Part shown: one piece after another, positions 55,742 to 64,000 of the stretch
Position numbering within the stretch: position 1 is the first letter of the stretch
How the letters are laid out: each line of letters opens with the position of its first letter
NCBI GenBank assembly: GCA_043753995.1
Contig: JAYUVP010000304.1
Location: 348-64,347 of the forward strand
Source: Fibrobacterota bacterium
Lineage (GTDB): Bacteria > Fibrobacterota > Fibrobacteria > UBA11236
Length of the DNA: 64,000 bases
Direction of reading: 5' to 3'
Notes under the pieces: model-generated
The model's input: only the letters and a program-made list of their open reading frames with translations
Told to the model about the DNA's origin: nothing
Database searches by the model: none
Translations under genes and position numbers: made by a program

Positions 55742-57226
55742 ATGGCCGCTCCCGACGCTTCGCATCATCATTTTATCAATCGAGCGCTGAGTTTTGCCTT
55801 ATGGGAAAATTTATTCAAGCCCATAGCCCCCTTACTGGAACTGGTTTGCGCCGGCCTTTTCGTAGGTGGAGCCTGGGGCAAGTACAAGTTTTATGAATCA
55901 TTGATTTATTTCCTGTTCCGCATCAGCCTCATGGGCATGGATCGGGGCATTATTTGGTATTACTCCCAAGTCGACGAAAAGGCTTACCTGAAAGCCGTTT
56001 TCCGCAGCTTGAATTGGTGCTTGCTGGCTTTTTTGGTGCTTGCGGTTTTCGCCACGGGTAGCCATTATGGCTGGCTGCCCTTTTCATCCATGCTGGGCAA
56101 AAATGAGGCGGCCTTTAGCACTACTGCGCCCGAATTTTTCCTTTATCTGCTCAGCGTGCCGCTCATGGTGATTATCGAGCTATGCGTCCTAGCCAATGTG
56201 AATAAGCGCAATTTGAAATACCGCATCCTGGTGCAAAGCCTGGCCGTACCCTTATTCACCTTCGGCGCAGCCTTGGCCGGGCGTCTGGTTGCGCCCCATT
56301 TTTTCACCTTGCCCTTTTGTCTACTGCTCGGAAATACCGTTGGCGCAGCCTTGGCTGTATTCGGCTTTTTACGTACCCATCGGCCTACCTGGAGCGATGT
56401 CAGTTTCGGTGCGCCTCCCGCCCTAGCCATGATTCGCTATTCCTTGCCGCTGGCCGGAGCCAATCTATTTTCAGCCATGGCCGTGCGCGTCGACATCTTC
56501 ATGTTGGCAGGACTTTCGGGTGTGCACGGTCTTGAGGTGTATTCCGTGGTGAGCATGGTGGGGAAGGCCTTAACCTCCATTCGGCAATCCTTTGAGAACA
56601 TTATTTTGTCGGCTTTTTCTTCTTCGGGGAAAGGCGAATTGACCCTAAAGCTCAAACACTATTTTAATTATGCGATTTGGCTTGTCATGAACATACAGGG
56701 TGCTCTTTTAGCTTTGGCGGTGGTATTCGGAGCCGAAATGCTCGGCTTGGTAAACCCCCAATATTCGTCGGGAGGCACGGTGCTGGCCGTGACCGCTTTC
56801 TTCATTTACATCAATACCGCTTCTGACTTTTCAGCTCTCTTGTCCTTGGGTCTGGGCCGCACCGCTATCGTACCCATAAGCCAAGCGGTTTTTTTCGCAG
56901 TCAACCTAGGTCTAAACATCTTACTCATCCCGCGATGGGATGTCTTAGGTGCAGCGGTGGCTTTGGGGTTAGCCAATATGACGGCAGGAATATTGTATTA
57001 CGGGTACTTGGCTATAAGGAATCGCAGCACCTTACTCTTGCCCGAATATTGGTTTTCGATCTTTGCGAGCATACTGCTTTGGCTTTTGCCTTCGGGTGTA
57101 GTCCTTTATTGGGGAGGCAAATATGAATTCAAGATTCTGGCTTTGCTTGTGAGCGCGATTTTGGTTTTCTCCATCCAAAGAACTTGGTATAAAAGATTCA
57201 ATCGTATTCTCCATGGCCTTATCTAA
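55742..57226 (+). CDS. Oligosaccharide flippase (Wzx/MOP superfamily)
   Basis: Multi-TM; YSLPL, RVDIFML and NILLIPRWDVLGAAVA motifs. Confidence 0.8.
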   Translation: MAAPDASHHHFINRALSFALWENLFKPIAPLLELVCAGLFVGGAWGKYKFYESLIYFLFRISLMGMDRGIIWYYSQVDEKAYLKAVFRSLNWCLLAFLVLAVFATGSHYGWLPFSSMLGKNEAAFSTTAPEFFLYLLSVPLMVIIELCVLANVNKRNLKYRILVQSLAVPLFTFGAALAGRLVAPHFFTLPFCLLLGNTVGAALAVFGFLRTHRPTWSDVSFGAPPALAMIRYSLPLAGANLFSAMAVRVDIFMLAGLSGVHGLEVYSVVSMVGKALTSIRQSFENIILSAFSSSGKGELTLKLKHYFNYAIWLVMNIQGALLALAVVFGAEMLGLVNPQYSSGGTVLAVTAFFIYINTASDFSALLSLGLGRTAIVPISQAVFFAVNLGLNILLIPRWDVLGAAVALGLANMTAGILYYGYLAIRNRSTLLLPEYWFSIFASILLWLLPSGVVLYWGGKYEFKILALLVSAILVFSIQRTWYKRFNRILHGLI

Positions 57227-58496
57227 ACAAGAATCTTTTTTAGCGGCTATTGATATTTCCGTTTTGGGAACGGCTTTGATTTATCGCGCTCACCAAACCG
57301 GAGTGCATCGAGCTACAGTGGAATTGTTGCGAGAGTTTTCTTTGCGACCGGAATTGTGCCTTGAATTCGTCAGTGTTGGGCGTGCGCCTTGGCTCGAATT
57401 CGCCACCTACATCGCCTTTGAGCGCCAATTGAAAAAAACCGGATGGGTATTTCGCAAGCGCTCGACCTGGCTGCCGTTTTGCTATTCCATCTCGCTCGCT
57501 CTCGTCAAAGTCGCCCTGGTCGCCAAGAATAAGGGCTGGATGTCCGAGTCGATTCTGGCTGGTTTCATGCAATGCCTAGGCAAAGGCTTGAAACCCCAAG
57601 TCGCGGCTTTTTCCGCTATCACTTATTATTCGCCTGCGCATGCTTTGCCGAATTTGCCTAAAGGGGTGAATCGCTGCATCACCATCAACGATATGATTCC
57701 GGTGAAATTCCCGAATTGGTATACCGAAGTCAGCAGTTTTCAGAAAATCGTGAAAAGCATTGATGTCGATCAAGATTGGGTCATAGCCATCAGTGAATCG
57801 AGTCGTCGAGATTGGCTCGATTATTCCAAAGGCAATACGGAACGGTCCAAGGTCATACTATGCGGTGTCGCGGAGTATTTCTATCCACGTCGTGATTCGC
57901 ATGCCTTGAGCACGATTCGATTGAAATACGGAGTTGGACAATCGCGTTTTATTTTGGCCGTGGGAACTCTTGAGCCGCGAAAAAATCTTGAGGTCTTGAT
58001 TCAATCGTTTATCAACCTCAAAAAGAAAAAGCCGTTTCACGATGTTCAATTGTTGGTGGTTGGCCCCAAAGGGTGGAAAAACGATGGCATTTTCCAACTT
58101 TTGCAAAGCAACCGTGATTTGAAAGATTCTATTCGGCTCGCGGGTTTCGTACCAGATGAAGACTTGCCCTTTCTTTATTCGGCTTGCGAGTTTTTTGTTT
58201 TTCCAAGTCTCTATGAAGGATTTGGCCTGCCGGTTGCGGAAGCTCTGCGATGCGGTGCCGCGGTCATTTGTGGGCATCACTCGTCCTTGCCTGAGGTTGC
58301 CGCCGATGCCGCGGAATACGTGGATGTGACCAAGCCCGAAGAAATAGAAGCGGCCATGGCTGGACTATTGTCAAATCCAGAACGATTACTCGAATTGCGC
58401 GAAAAATCACCGAAGTCTTGCGAACGGCTAACTTGGAAAAAAACAGCCGATGAATATCTCCATTTATTTCAGTCTTTTTTCCGTTCCATCGACTGA
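57213..58496 (+). CDS. GT4 glycosyltransferase
   Basis: VGTLEPRKN and FVFPSLYEGFGLPVAEA motifs. Confidence 0.92.
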   Translation: MALSKQESFLAAIDISVLGTALIYRAHQTGVHRATVELLREFSLRPELCLEFVSVGRAPWLEFATYIAFERQLKKTGWVFRKRSTWLPFCYSISLALVKVALVAKNKGWMSESILAGFMQCLGKGLKPQVAAFSAITYYSPAHALPNLPKGVNRCITINDMIPVKFPNWYTEVSSFQKIVKSIDVDQDWVIAISESSRRDWLDYSKGNTERSKVILCGVAEYFYPRRDSHALSTIRLKYGVGQSRFILAVGTLEPRKNLEVLIQSFINLKKKKPFHDVQLLVVGPKGWKNDGIFQLLQSNRDLKDSIRLAGFVPDEDLPFLYSACEFFVFPSLYEGFGLPVAEALRCGAAVICGHHSSLPEVAADAAEYVDVTKPEEIEAAMAGLLSNPERLLELREKSPKSCERLTWKKTADEYLHLFQSFFRSID

Positions 58497-59281
58497 AATT
58501 GAAAGCGTAATTTCTCTTCTAATTTTTCCCTATCGCGGCTAATAAAGGGAATCGAGTCCGGTAAAAAAGTCTTTTGCCAGATAAAAGGCATCTTAGCCCA
58601 TAGATTCCAAGGCGTGGATATTCTTTCCTTGGAGAAAATCAAAAGTCGATTTCTGGTGGAAAAGTGATAGGAGAATCGCTGAGCTATGTATTCACAAGTC
58701 ACCGTGGAATAGAATGCAATGTGCTGTCCTGTTTCATGGGCATAGTATTTCCAGCTTGTAGGCGGCACGGATCTCTTAGGGCGGAGGGTGGTTTCAAACA
58801 GAAAAAATTTCGGTGCCCATTGGTCAAGTATTTCGCCGAGCTGAATGTGCGGCTCATTGAAATGTTCTAATACTTCAAAGGCCGTGATAAGATCGTATTT
58901 CAGTTCTGGATTCGCCTCAAAACCGCGTGCAACTAGATTCGAACCATATTTATCGGCCCAAAAAAAATCCAATCCGCGATCGCGGAGCATGCGCACAAGA
59001 ATTCCATAACCACCCGCGAAATCCATTCCTTGAGTTTTATCGAGCCCATGTTCGAAACAAAACTTGGCCACCCTTCCAGCCGTCATTTGGTTTCGGTGTA
59101 TCAAACCGGTATCTAAAATGGAAATGGAGCTTTGATAAGCTTCTTCAAGCCAATAGGGCGTTTCGGTTTGCAAAAGGTCGCAAGTGGGGCAGAGGAAATA
59201 ATTCACCGAATACTTGCCCAATAAAACGGAGGTATGGGTTTTCGGGGCTTTGGATTGGCAGAGTCGGCACGTGATTTCCAT
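58469..59281 (-). CDS. Class I SAM-dependent methyltransferase (glycan-locus type)
   Basis: N-terminal CxxC...CxxC; MDFAGGYGILV, ITAFEVLEH and HIAFYS motifs. Confidence 0.85.
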   Translation of the reverse strand: MEITCRLCQSKAPKTHTSVLLGKYSVNYFLCPTCDLLQTETPYWLEEAYQSSISILDTGLIHRNQMTAGRVAKFCFEHGLDKTQGMDFAGGYGILVRMLRDRGLDFFWADKYGSNLVARGFEANPELKYDLITAFEVLEHFNEPHIQLGEILDQWAPKFFLFETTLRPKRSVPPTSWKYYAHETGQHIAFYSTVTCEYIAQRFSYHFSTRNRLLIFSKERISTPWNLWAKMPFIWQKTFLPDSIPFISRDREKLEEKLRFQFQSMERKKD

Positions 59282-60421
59282 TTATCGATTTCCCCAATTC
59301 AATTCCTGCCCCAACCACGCCGCTTCTTTTTCCGCAATCGCATCCCAACTGAAGCCCCGGGCCCACTCTCGCCCCTGCCGGCCCAGCTTCGTTCGCAATT
59401 CCCCGTCGCTTACCATGCGATGCATGGCCAAGCTCAATGCTTGCTCATCCTCTAAGGAAATCCGAAGACCGGAATATCCCTGGCTGACACTCACCTGAAA
59501 ACCGGAGGCCTCGGAAACGAGTACGGCCTTGCCAGCCGCACTGGCCTCCAGAACAGCAATACCAAAGCCTTCAAACCGCGAAGGACTGCAAAAGAAAAGA
59601 CATTGAGAAAGTAAGTCCTGCTTCTCTTTGTCGCTCACGTCCTTGCGAAGGGTGATGCGGTTTTCCAATCCGAATTGACGGGCTAAGGTCAGGATTTCAT
59701 TCTCGGAAGCGGGATCACCATGTCCGGCCAAAACCAAATTCAGTTTGGGAAAATCGGCCGCCACTTTTGCAAAGGCTTTGACCAGCAGATCGAGCCCTTT
59801 CATGAAAGGGTCGAGGCGGCCCAAAAAAAGCACGAAGGGCGCGCAGCCCGCGGACCTATCCGGCAAGGTCAATAAGGTGGGATCGAAAGCGTTCGAGGAA
59901 CGCAGCACCCGTGCCCGTGGTGATTCCCTCAATAAGGCATCGCCGACATCGGGATTGGACACGACAAAAAACTTCGGCAGGCGACAGTAAATCGTCTCTA
60001 AGCGCCAAAGTATTTGTCCGAGCCAACCCAGCTTTTGCACCCAACGTGACCCGATGATGTGATGCGAAACGGCAAAGCCTTGATTGCGATGCGGCAGAGC
60101 AAGAATAAAGGGCGAGTAAATGGAAAGAACTATTCCGAAGGGTTCTCGTCCGCGAAAAAGCAGACTCCAATTCGCCCGGAGTACATAGGCGATGCGCGAT
60201 ACCCATTCTTTCCGTCCCAAGCCCAAGGGGATGACTTCTATACCCCGAAGCCTATGCCGCTTCGCTCCCGGGTAGGAGCCGACATAAAGGCGCACTTGGT
60301 CAAAATGCTTGGCCATGCGGCTGAGAACCTCGATGTCGCGATAGGCTCCACCGCCTCCCAGCCACGGATTGGCCACAAAGTCATAGGAATAGAAGTGGAG
60401 GACGCGGCGAGAAGGTTGCAA
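59282..60421 (-). CDS. GT4 glycosyltransferase
   Basis: FLGRLDPFMKG and PSRFEGFGIAVLEA motifs. Confidence 0.9.
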   Translation of the reverse strand: MQPSRRVLHFYSYDFVANPWLGGGGAYRDIEVLSRMAKHFDQVRLYVGSYPGAKRHRLRGIEVIPLGLGRKEWVSRIAYVLRANWSLLFRGREPFGIVLSIYSPFILALPHRNQGFAVSHHIIGSRWVQKLGWLGQILWRLETIYCRLPKFFVVSNPDVGDALLRESPRARVLRSSNAFDPTLLTLPDRSAGCAPFVLFLGRLDPFMKGLDLLVKAFAKVAADFPKLNLVLAGHGDPASENEILTLARQFGLENRITLRKDVSDKEKQDLLSQCLFFCSPSRFEGFGIAVLEASAAGKAVLVSEASGFQVSVSQGYSGLRISLEDEQALSLAMHRMVSDGELRTKLGRQGREWARGFSWDAIAEKEAAWLGQELNWGNR

Positions 60422-60546
60422 GGGCTAATGAAATTAAAAAAGACGTCCCACGCCACCACCTAATCCCACCCTCCGCCTTTATAGCCTCACCGGGTCTTGT
60501 TACCTTGGGCCCTTAAAATTCAGGAACCTTCAGGAATCCACATTAG

Positions 60547-61152
60547 GTGACCTCCCCGAATCTCGACTCCATCCCCTTCGCCACCGATTTGATCTTCATC
60601 GTTTGTGCCGGGGTCATTTTAGCGGCCTCCATAGCCGTGGTGACCTTGCGCAATCCGGTGCGCGCGACCCTCATGCTCATCCTGAGCTTTTTGCCCACCA
60701 GCCTCCTCTATGTGATGCTGCACGCCTCCTTCGTGGGCGTGCTGCAAATCTTGGTCTATGCTGGCGCTATCATGATGCTATTCACCTTCGTCATCATGAT
60801 GATCAATCCGGCTCCCAAGGGCGGAGAAACTCCCGAAGATGGCCCCCAGGCCGTGGGAGGCCGCAATCCGCCCTCCTTGACCGTAACACTCGGAACTCTG
60901 GGCTTGCTCATTGCCATCGCCGCCTTGTTTTTGCCCGTGCTTCGCCAGGCCGCCGCCGGTGTGGGACCGGGACAGCCTCTCAAGGAAGGCTTCGGCGGTT
61001 TGCAAAGCATCGGAGCCTTGCTTTTTACCCATCCGGGCGAAAATCCCCTGACGATTTCCTTTGAACTGATCTCCTTTCTGATTCTAGTGGGCATTATCGC
61101 CGCACTTAACTTTTCGCGACGCAAGCAAAATTCCTCTCCCAATGAGCCCTGA
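60547..61152 (+). CDS. nuoJ: NADH-quinone oxidoreductase subunit J
   Basis: NPVRATL, QILVYAGAIMMLFTFVIMM and FELISFLILVGII motifs. Confidence 0.9.
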   Translation: MTSPNLDSIPFATDLIFIVCAGVILAASIAVVTLRNPVRATLMLILSFLPTSLLYVMLHASFVGVLQILVYAGAIMMLFTFVIMMINPAPKGGETPEDGPQAVGGRNPPSLTVTLGTLGLLIAIAALFLPVLRQAAAGVGPGQPLKEGFGGLQSIGALLFTHPGENPLTISFELISFLILVGIIAALNFSRRKQNSSPNEP

Positions 61153-61167
61153 GGCGCAGACCGCATC

Positions 61168-61497
61168 ATGACCGCTTCGCCGCTTTTCAATCTGACGAAT
61201 TGCCTGACCTTGGCCGTAATATTGGTCCTCATTGGTTGCTACGGTGTTTTTCGCCGCCGCAGCCTCATCATGGTTTTGCTGTCCGTGGAAGTCATGCTCA
61301 ATGGCGTGAATTTGACCTTGGTGGCCTTCAATTATTTCCGCTGGGGCAGTAACGAAAACAGCCACTACCTCTATATGCTTTCCATCGGGGTCGCAGCGGT
61401 GGAGGCGGCGGTGGGCTTGGGCATGGTCATTGTGCTCTTCCGCAATTTCAGCGATATCACACGCGATCGCATTGCCAAGCTCGGAGAGAAATTCTGA
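61168..61497 (+). CDS. nuoK: NADH-quinone oxidoreductase subunit K
   Basis: LLSVEVMLNGVNL and VAAVEAAVGL motifs. Confidence 0.93.
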   Translation: MTASPLFNLTNCLTLAVILVLIGCYGVFRRRSLIMVLLSVEVMLNGVNLTLVAFNYFRWGSNENSHYLYMLSIGVAAVEAAVGLGMVIVLFRNFSDITRDRIAKLGEKF

Positions 61498-63467
61498 TGG
61501 CTCCCGAACTCCTTTTGGCCATCCCTGCCATACCGGCGGGCATGGCTGTGCTCTTGGCCTTATTCGGCACACGCCTGCCTTACAATGCCCTGGGGATTTT
61601 GGCGACCTTGGCGGCAGGAGCGGCCTTTGCCCTTGGCCTATCCTTTATCTCCAGCGGTGTGCTGGGGAGCGGCGCTCCCATTCAGGTCGACTTTGGTCCC
61701 TGGCTGCGCACCGAGGCCTTTCAAGCCGGCATCACCTTTCGCCTCGACTCCGTGGCTTTATGCATGGTCTTGCTGGTTTCGGGCTTTGGCACCTTAATCA
61801 CCCTGTATTCCGTGGGCTATATGCGCCACGATCAAGAGCAACATCGCTTTTTCGCCAGTCTCAATCTCTTTGTCGCCTCCATGCTCACTCTGGTCTTGGC
61901 CGACAACTTGGTCTTGATTTTCCTCGGTTGGGAAGGCGTTGGGCTTTGCTCTTATTTACTGGTCGGCCATTACTGGGAACAAGACGGCGTGCCCTTGGCG
62001 GCCTTTCGCGCTTTTTTCGTCAATCGCATTGGCGACATCTTTTTCCTACTCGGCGTCTTCACGCTTTTCGCCACCTTCGGCACGGTTTCGCTTTCCCAAT
62101 TGGCCGAACATGGTCCGGATTTCACCTCGACCTATCCCTGGGCGACCAAGGCTGCGGCCTTTTTGCTCTTGGGTGGGGCTTTTGCTAAGTCGGCCCAAGC
62201 GCCCCTGCATATTTGGCTGCCCGATGCCATGGCCGGGCCCACCCCGGTTTCGGCCCTGATTCATGCCGCCACCATGGTGACGGCGGGTATTTATCTCGTG
62301 ATGCGTTTGGATTGGCTTTACGCGGCGGCGCCCGAGGCGCGCGTGATTTTGCTTCTCTGCGGCTTGGTGACTCTGGTGGTGGGTGCGACCTTGGCTTGCG
62401 TGCAAACCGATGTCAAAAAAATCCTCGCCTATTCGACGCTCAGCAATTTGGCTTTAATGTTTCTCGCCTTGTCGGCAGGGGCGAGTGATGCGGCTATGCT
62501 GCATCTCTTTGGTCATGCCTTTTTCAAAGCCTTACTCTTTTTGGCGGCCGGTTCGGTGATTTTCGCCGCCCATCACGAGCAAGATGTCCGTCGTCTCACG
62601 GGTTCGCTGAAAACCTTGCCCTTCACCCGATTGGCATTTATCGTCGGCGTCATCGGCGGCGCGGGACTGATTCCCTATGTGGCCGCGGGTTTTTTCACCA
62701 AGGAAGCCGTGCTTTTTGGCATTGAGGAGGGCGAATTCAGCGGCTTCGGCCTTTTGCTCTCGGGCAAGGTCATGCATTGGGTGGTGCTTGCCGTCGAATC
62801 GCTTTCGGCGGTTTATTTGGGTCGCATGCTAGGCTATTTAATGGGTGAGGCCGAACCGGCTTATGCCCATGCCAAGGAGCACGATAAAAAGCATGACAAA
62901 GGGCATGATTCGCATGCTTCCCATGGCGAGGCACATGAAACCAGCTGGACCATACGCGGCGTTCTATTAGTCTTGGCCATCGCGGCTCCAATTTTTGGAT
63001 TCTTCAGCGCTTTGCCGTCTTTCGGCGGTCACGGATCGATTTATGGCCTCTTGACCAATGGCCGCGAAATGCATCATGGGCCTTCCATAGGTGCCTTGGT
63101 ACCGGTGATGATTTTCAATTTATTGCTCTTTGTTGGAGTTTTCTGGGCTTATCGCTCCAGCAAAAACCGTCAGGCCGTGCTGGCATTCACTGCCAAGTTC
63201 CGCTTGGGCAAGGTCGGACCTCTTACGCGCCTTTGGTATTTCGATGACCTTTATGCCGCGGTGGTGATTGCCCCCCTCAAAGGCATTTCCTGGATGCTTC
63301 GCCTGGTCTTGGAAACCGTATTCATGGGAATAATCGGCTTGGTGGGCTTTGCCGCCGAAGGCCTTTCCTGGAGCTTGCGCCGCTTTCAAACCGGCAAGGC
63401 TCATCAATACGCCATGGCTGTCCTTGTTTTTGCCGTCGTTTTCGCCTTAGTCCTTTTTAAACGGTGA
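61497..63467 (+). CDS. nuoL: NADH-quinone oxidoreductase subunit L
   Basis: GWEGVGLCSYLL, KSAQAPLHIWLPDAMAGPTPVSALIHAATMV and HAFFKALLFL motifs. Confidence 0.95.
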   Translation: MAPELLLAIPAIPAGMAVLLALFGTRLPYNALGILATLAAGAAFALGLSFISSGVLGSGAPIQVDFGPWLRTEAFQAGITFRLDSVALCMVLLVSGFGTLITLYSVGYMRHDQEQHRFFASLNLFVASMLTLVLADNLVLIFLGWEGVGLCSYLLVGHYWEQDGVPLAAFRAFFVNRIGDIFFLLGVFTLFATFGTVSLSQLAEHGPDFTSTYPWATKAAAFLLLGGAFAKSAQAPLHIWLPDAMAGPTPVSALIHAATMVTAGIYLVMRLDWLYAAAPEARVILLLCGLVTLVVGATLACVQTDVKKILAYSTLSNLALMFLALSAGASDAAMLHLFGHAFFKALLFLAAGSVIFAAHHEQDVRRLTGSLKTLPFTRLAFIVGVIGGAGLIPYVAAGFFTKEAVLFGIEEGEFSGFGLLLSGKVMHWVVLAVESLSAVYLGRMLGYLMGEAEPAYAHAKEHDKKHDKGHDSHASHGEAHETSWTIRGVLLVLAIAAPIFGFFSALPSFGGHGSIYGLLTNGREMHHGPSIGALVPVMIFNLLLFVGVFWAYRSSKNRQAVLAFTAKFRLGKVGPLTRLWYFDDLYAAVVIAPLKGISWMLRLVLETVFMGIIGLVGFAAEGLSWSLRRFQTGKAHQYAMAVLVFAVVFALVLFKR

Positions 63468-63482
63468 ACGGAAGGTGACCCC

Positions 63483-64000
63483 GTGCTGACCGTACCTAGT
63501 GACATGCTACTTCTGGTTATTCTGATTCCTTTCTTGGCCATTTTGGTGCAAGCCTTCGCACCGAATCAAGCGCGATTGCAAGGCGGCATTCATACCGCCA
63601 TCACTTGGGCTTGGGGCGCATTTGCCGCAGCCGTGGCCTGCATGGCGCTCTGCCAGCAACAAGTATTGACCTTGGAGTGGCCACATATCGCCTTATTCGG
63701 CGGTAGCATCGATTTGGCTCCGCGCCTGATGCTCAATGCCAGCAATGCTGTTTTTCTCTTGCTGCTGGGCTTGGCGCAAATCATCGTCTTCGGTCTTTTG
63801 CGCGACAAGGAAGGCCGCTATGGCCGCTCCTATTACATCTCCGCGCATCTTATGGCGGGTAGCCTGGCCGGGCTCTTTCTTTGCGACAGCCTGCTGCTGT
63901 TTTACCTGTTCTGGGAATTGGCCTTGGTCGCAGCGTATTTCTGGATAGGCATGCATGGCCGGCCAAGCTTTTTTTCAGGCTCGGTTTACAACACCTTAAT
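63483..64000 (+). CDS. nuoM: NADH-quinone oxidoreductase subunit M (partial, runs off the window end)
   Basis: Not in the ORF track. Manual translation from GTG 63483 (GGAAGG RBS) is open to the window end and contains DSLLLFYLFWELALVAAYFWIG. Confidence 0.85.
   Translation, partial: MLTVPSDMLLLVILIPFLAILVQAFAPNQARLQGGIHTAITWAWGAFAAAVACMALCQQQVLTLEWPHIALFGGSIDLAPRLMLNASNAVFLLLLGLAQIIVFGLLRDKEGRYGRSYYISAHLMAGSLAGLFLCDSLLLFYLFWELALVAAYFWIGMHGRPSFFSGSVYNTL

Noticed and set aside
1-64000. tRNA, rRNA, IS transposases, reverse transcriptases, known defence systems
   Set aside because: None recognised by eye; tRNAscan-SE, Rfam and DefenseFinder-type scans were not run, so small RNAs could be missed.

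Overview
Bacterial chromosomal window of moderate-to-high GC. The protein styles (T9SS-like and basic DxxGR C-terminal tails, DUF1080/ThuA/PQQ-sugar-dehydrogenase repertoire) suggest Fibrobacterota, which is an inference. Host backbone: lpoB (partial), photolyase, a TetR-TolC-MFP-RND efflux operon, a DUF1080 gene followed by three tandem paralogous outer-membrane proteins, a Kelch protein with an Ala/Ser stalk, an uncharacterised sugar-acid catabolic cluster (kdgK, SDR, GH88-like, XRE-cupin, MFS, enolase-like, flavin oxidoreductase), a glycan-modification locus and nuoJKLM. The main result is an ~18.7 kb integrative element (33917-52634) inserted inside a pirin gene. It is bounded by an exact 30-bp direct repeat; the left pirin is intact and the displaced, diverged 3' pirin fragment sits at the right end, where the junction forms a symmetric Xer-geometry site (10-bp arms, 6-bp spacer). 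The element encodes an XRE switch, a CHC2-TOPRIM primase fused to a P-loop ATPase, an iteron-like array, two tandem intact tyrosine recombinases, a putative toxin/immunity pair and surface/lipoprotein cargo. It also carries two inverted copies of a composite site made of paired dif-like sequences (6-bp and 7-bp spacers) that would fold into bulged ssDNA hairpins. No relaxase, conjugation or capsid genes were recognised. No rRNA, tRNA or CRISPR array was recognised. All family calls are from motif recognition by eye; no searches were run.
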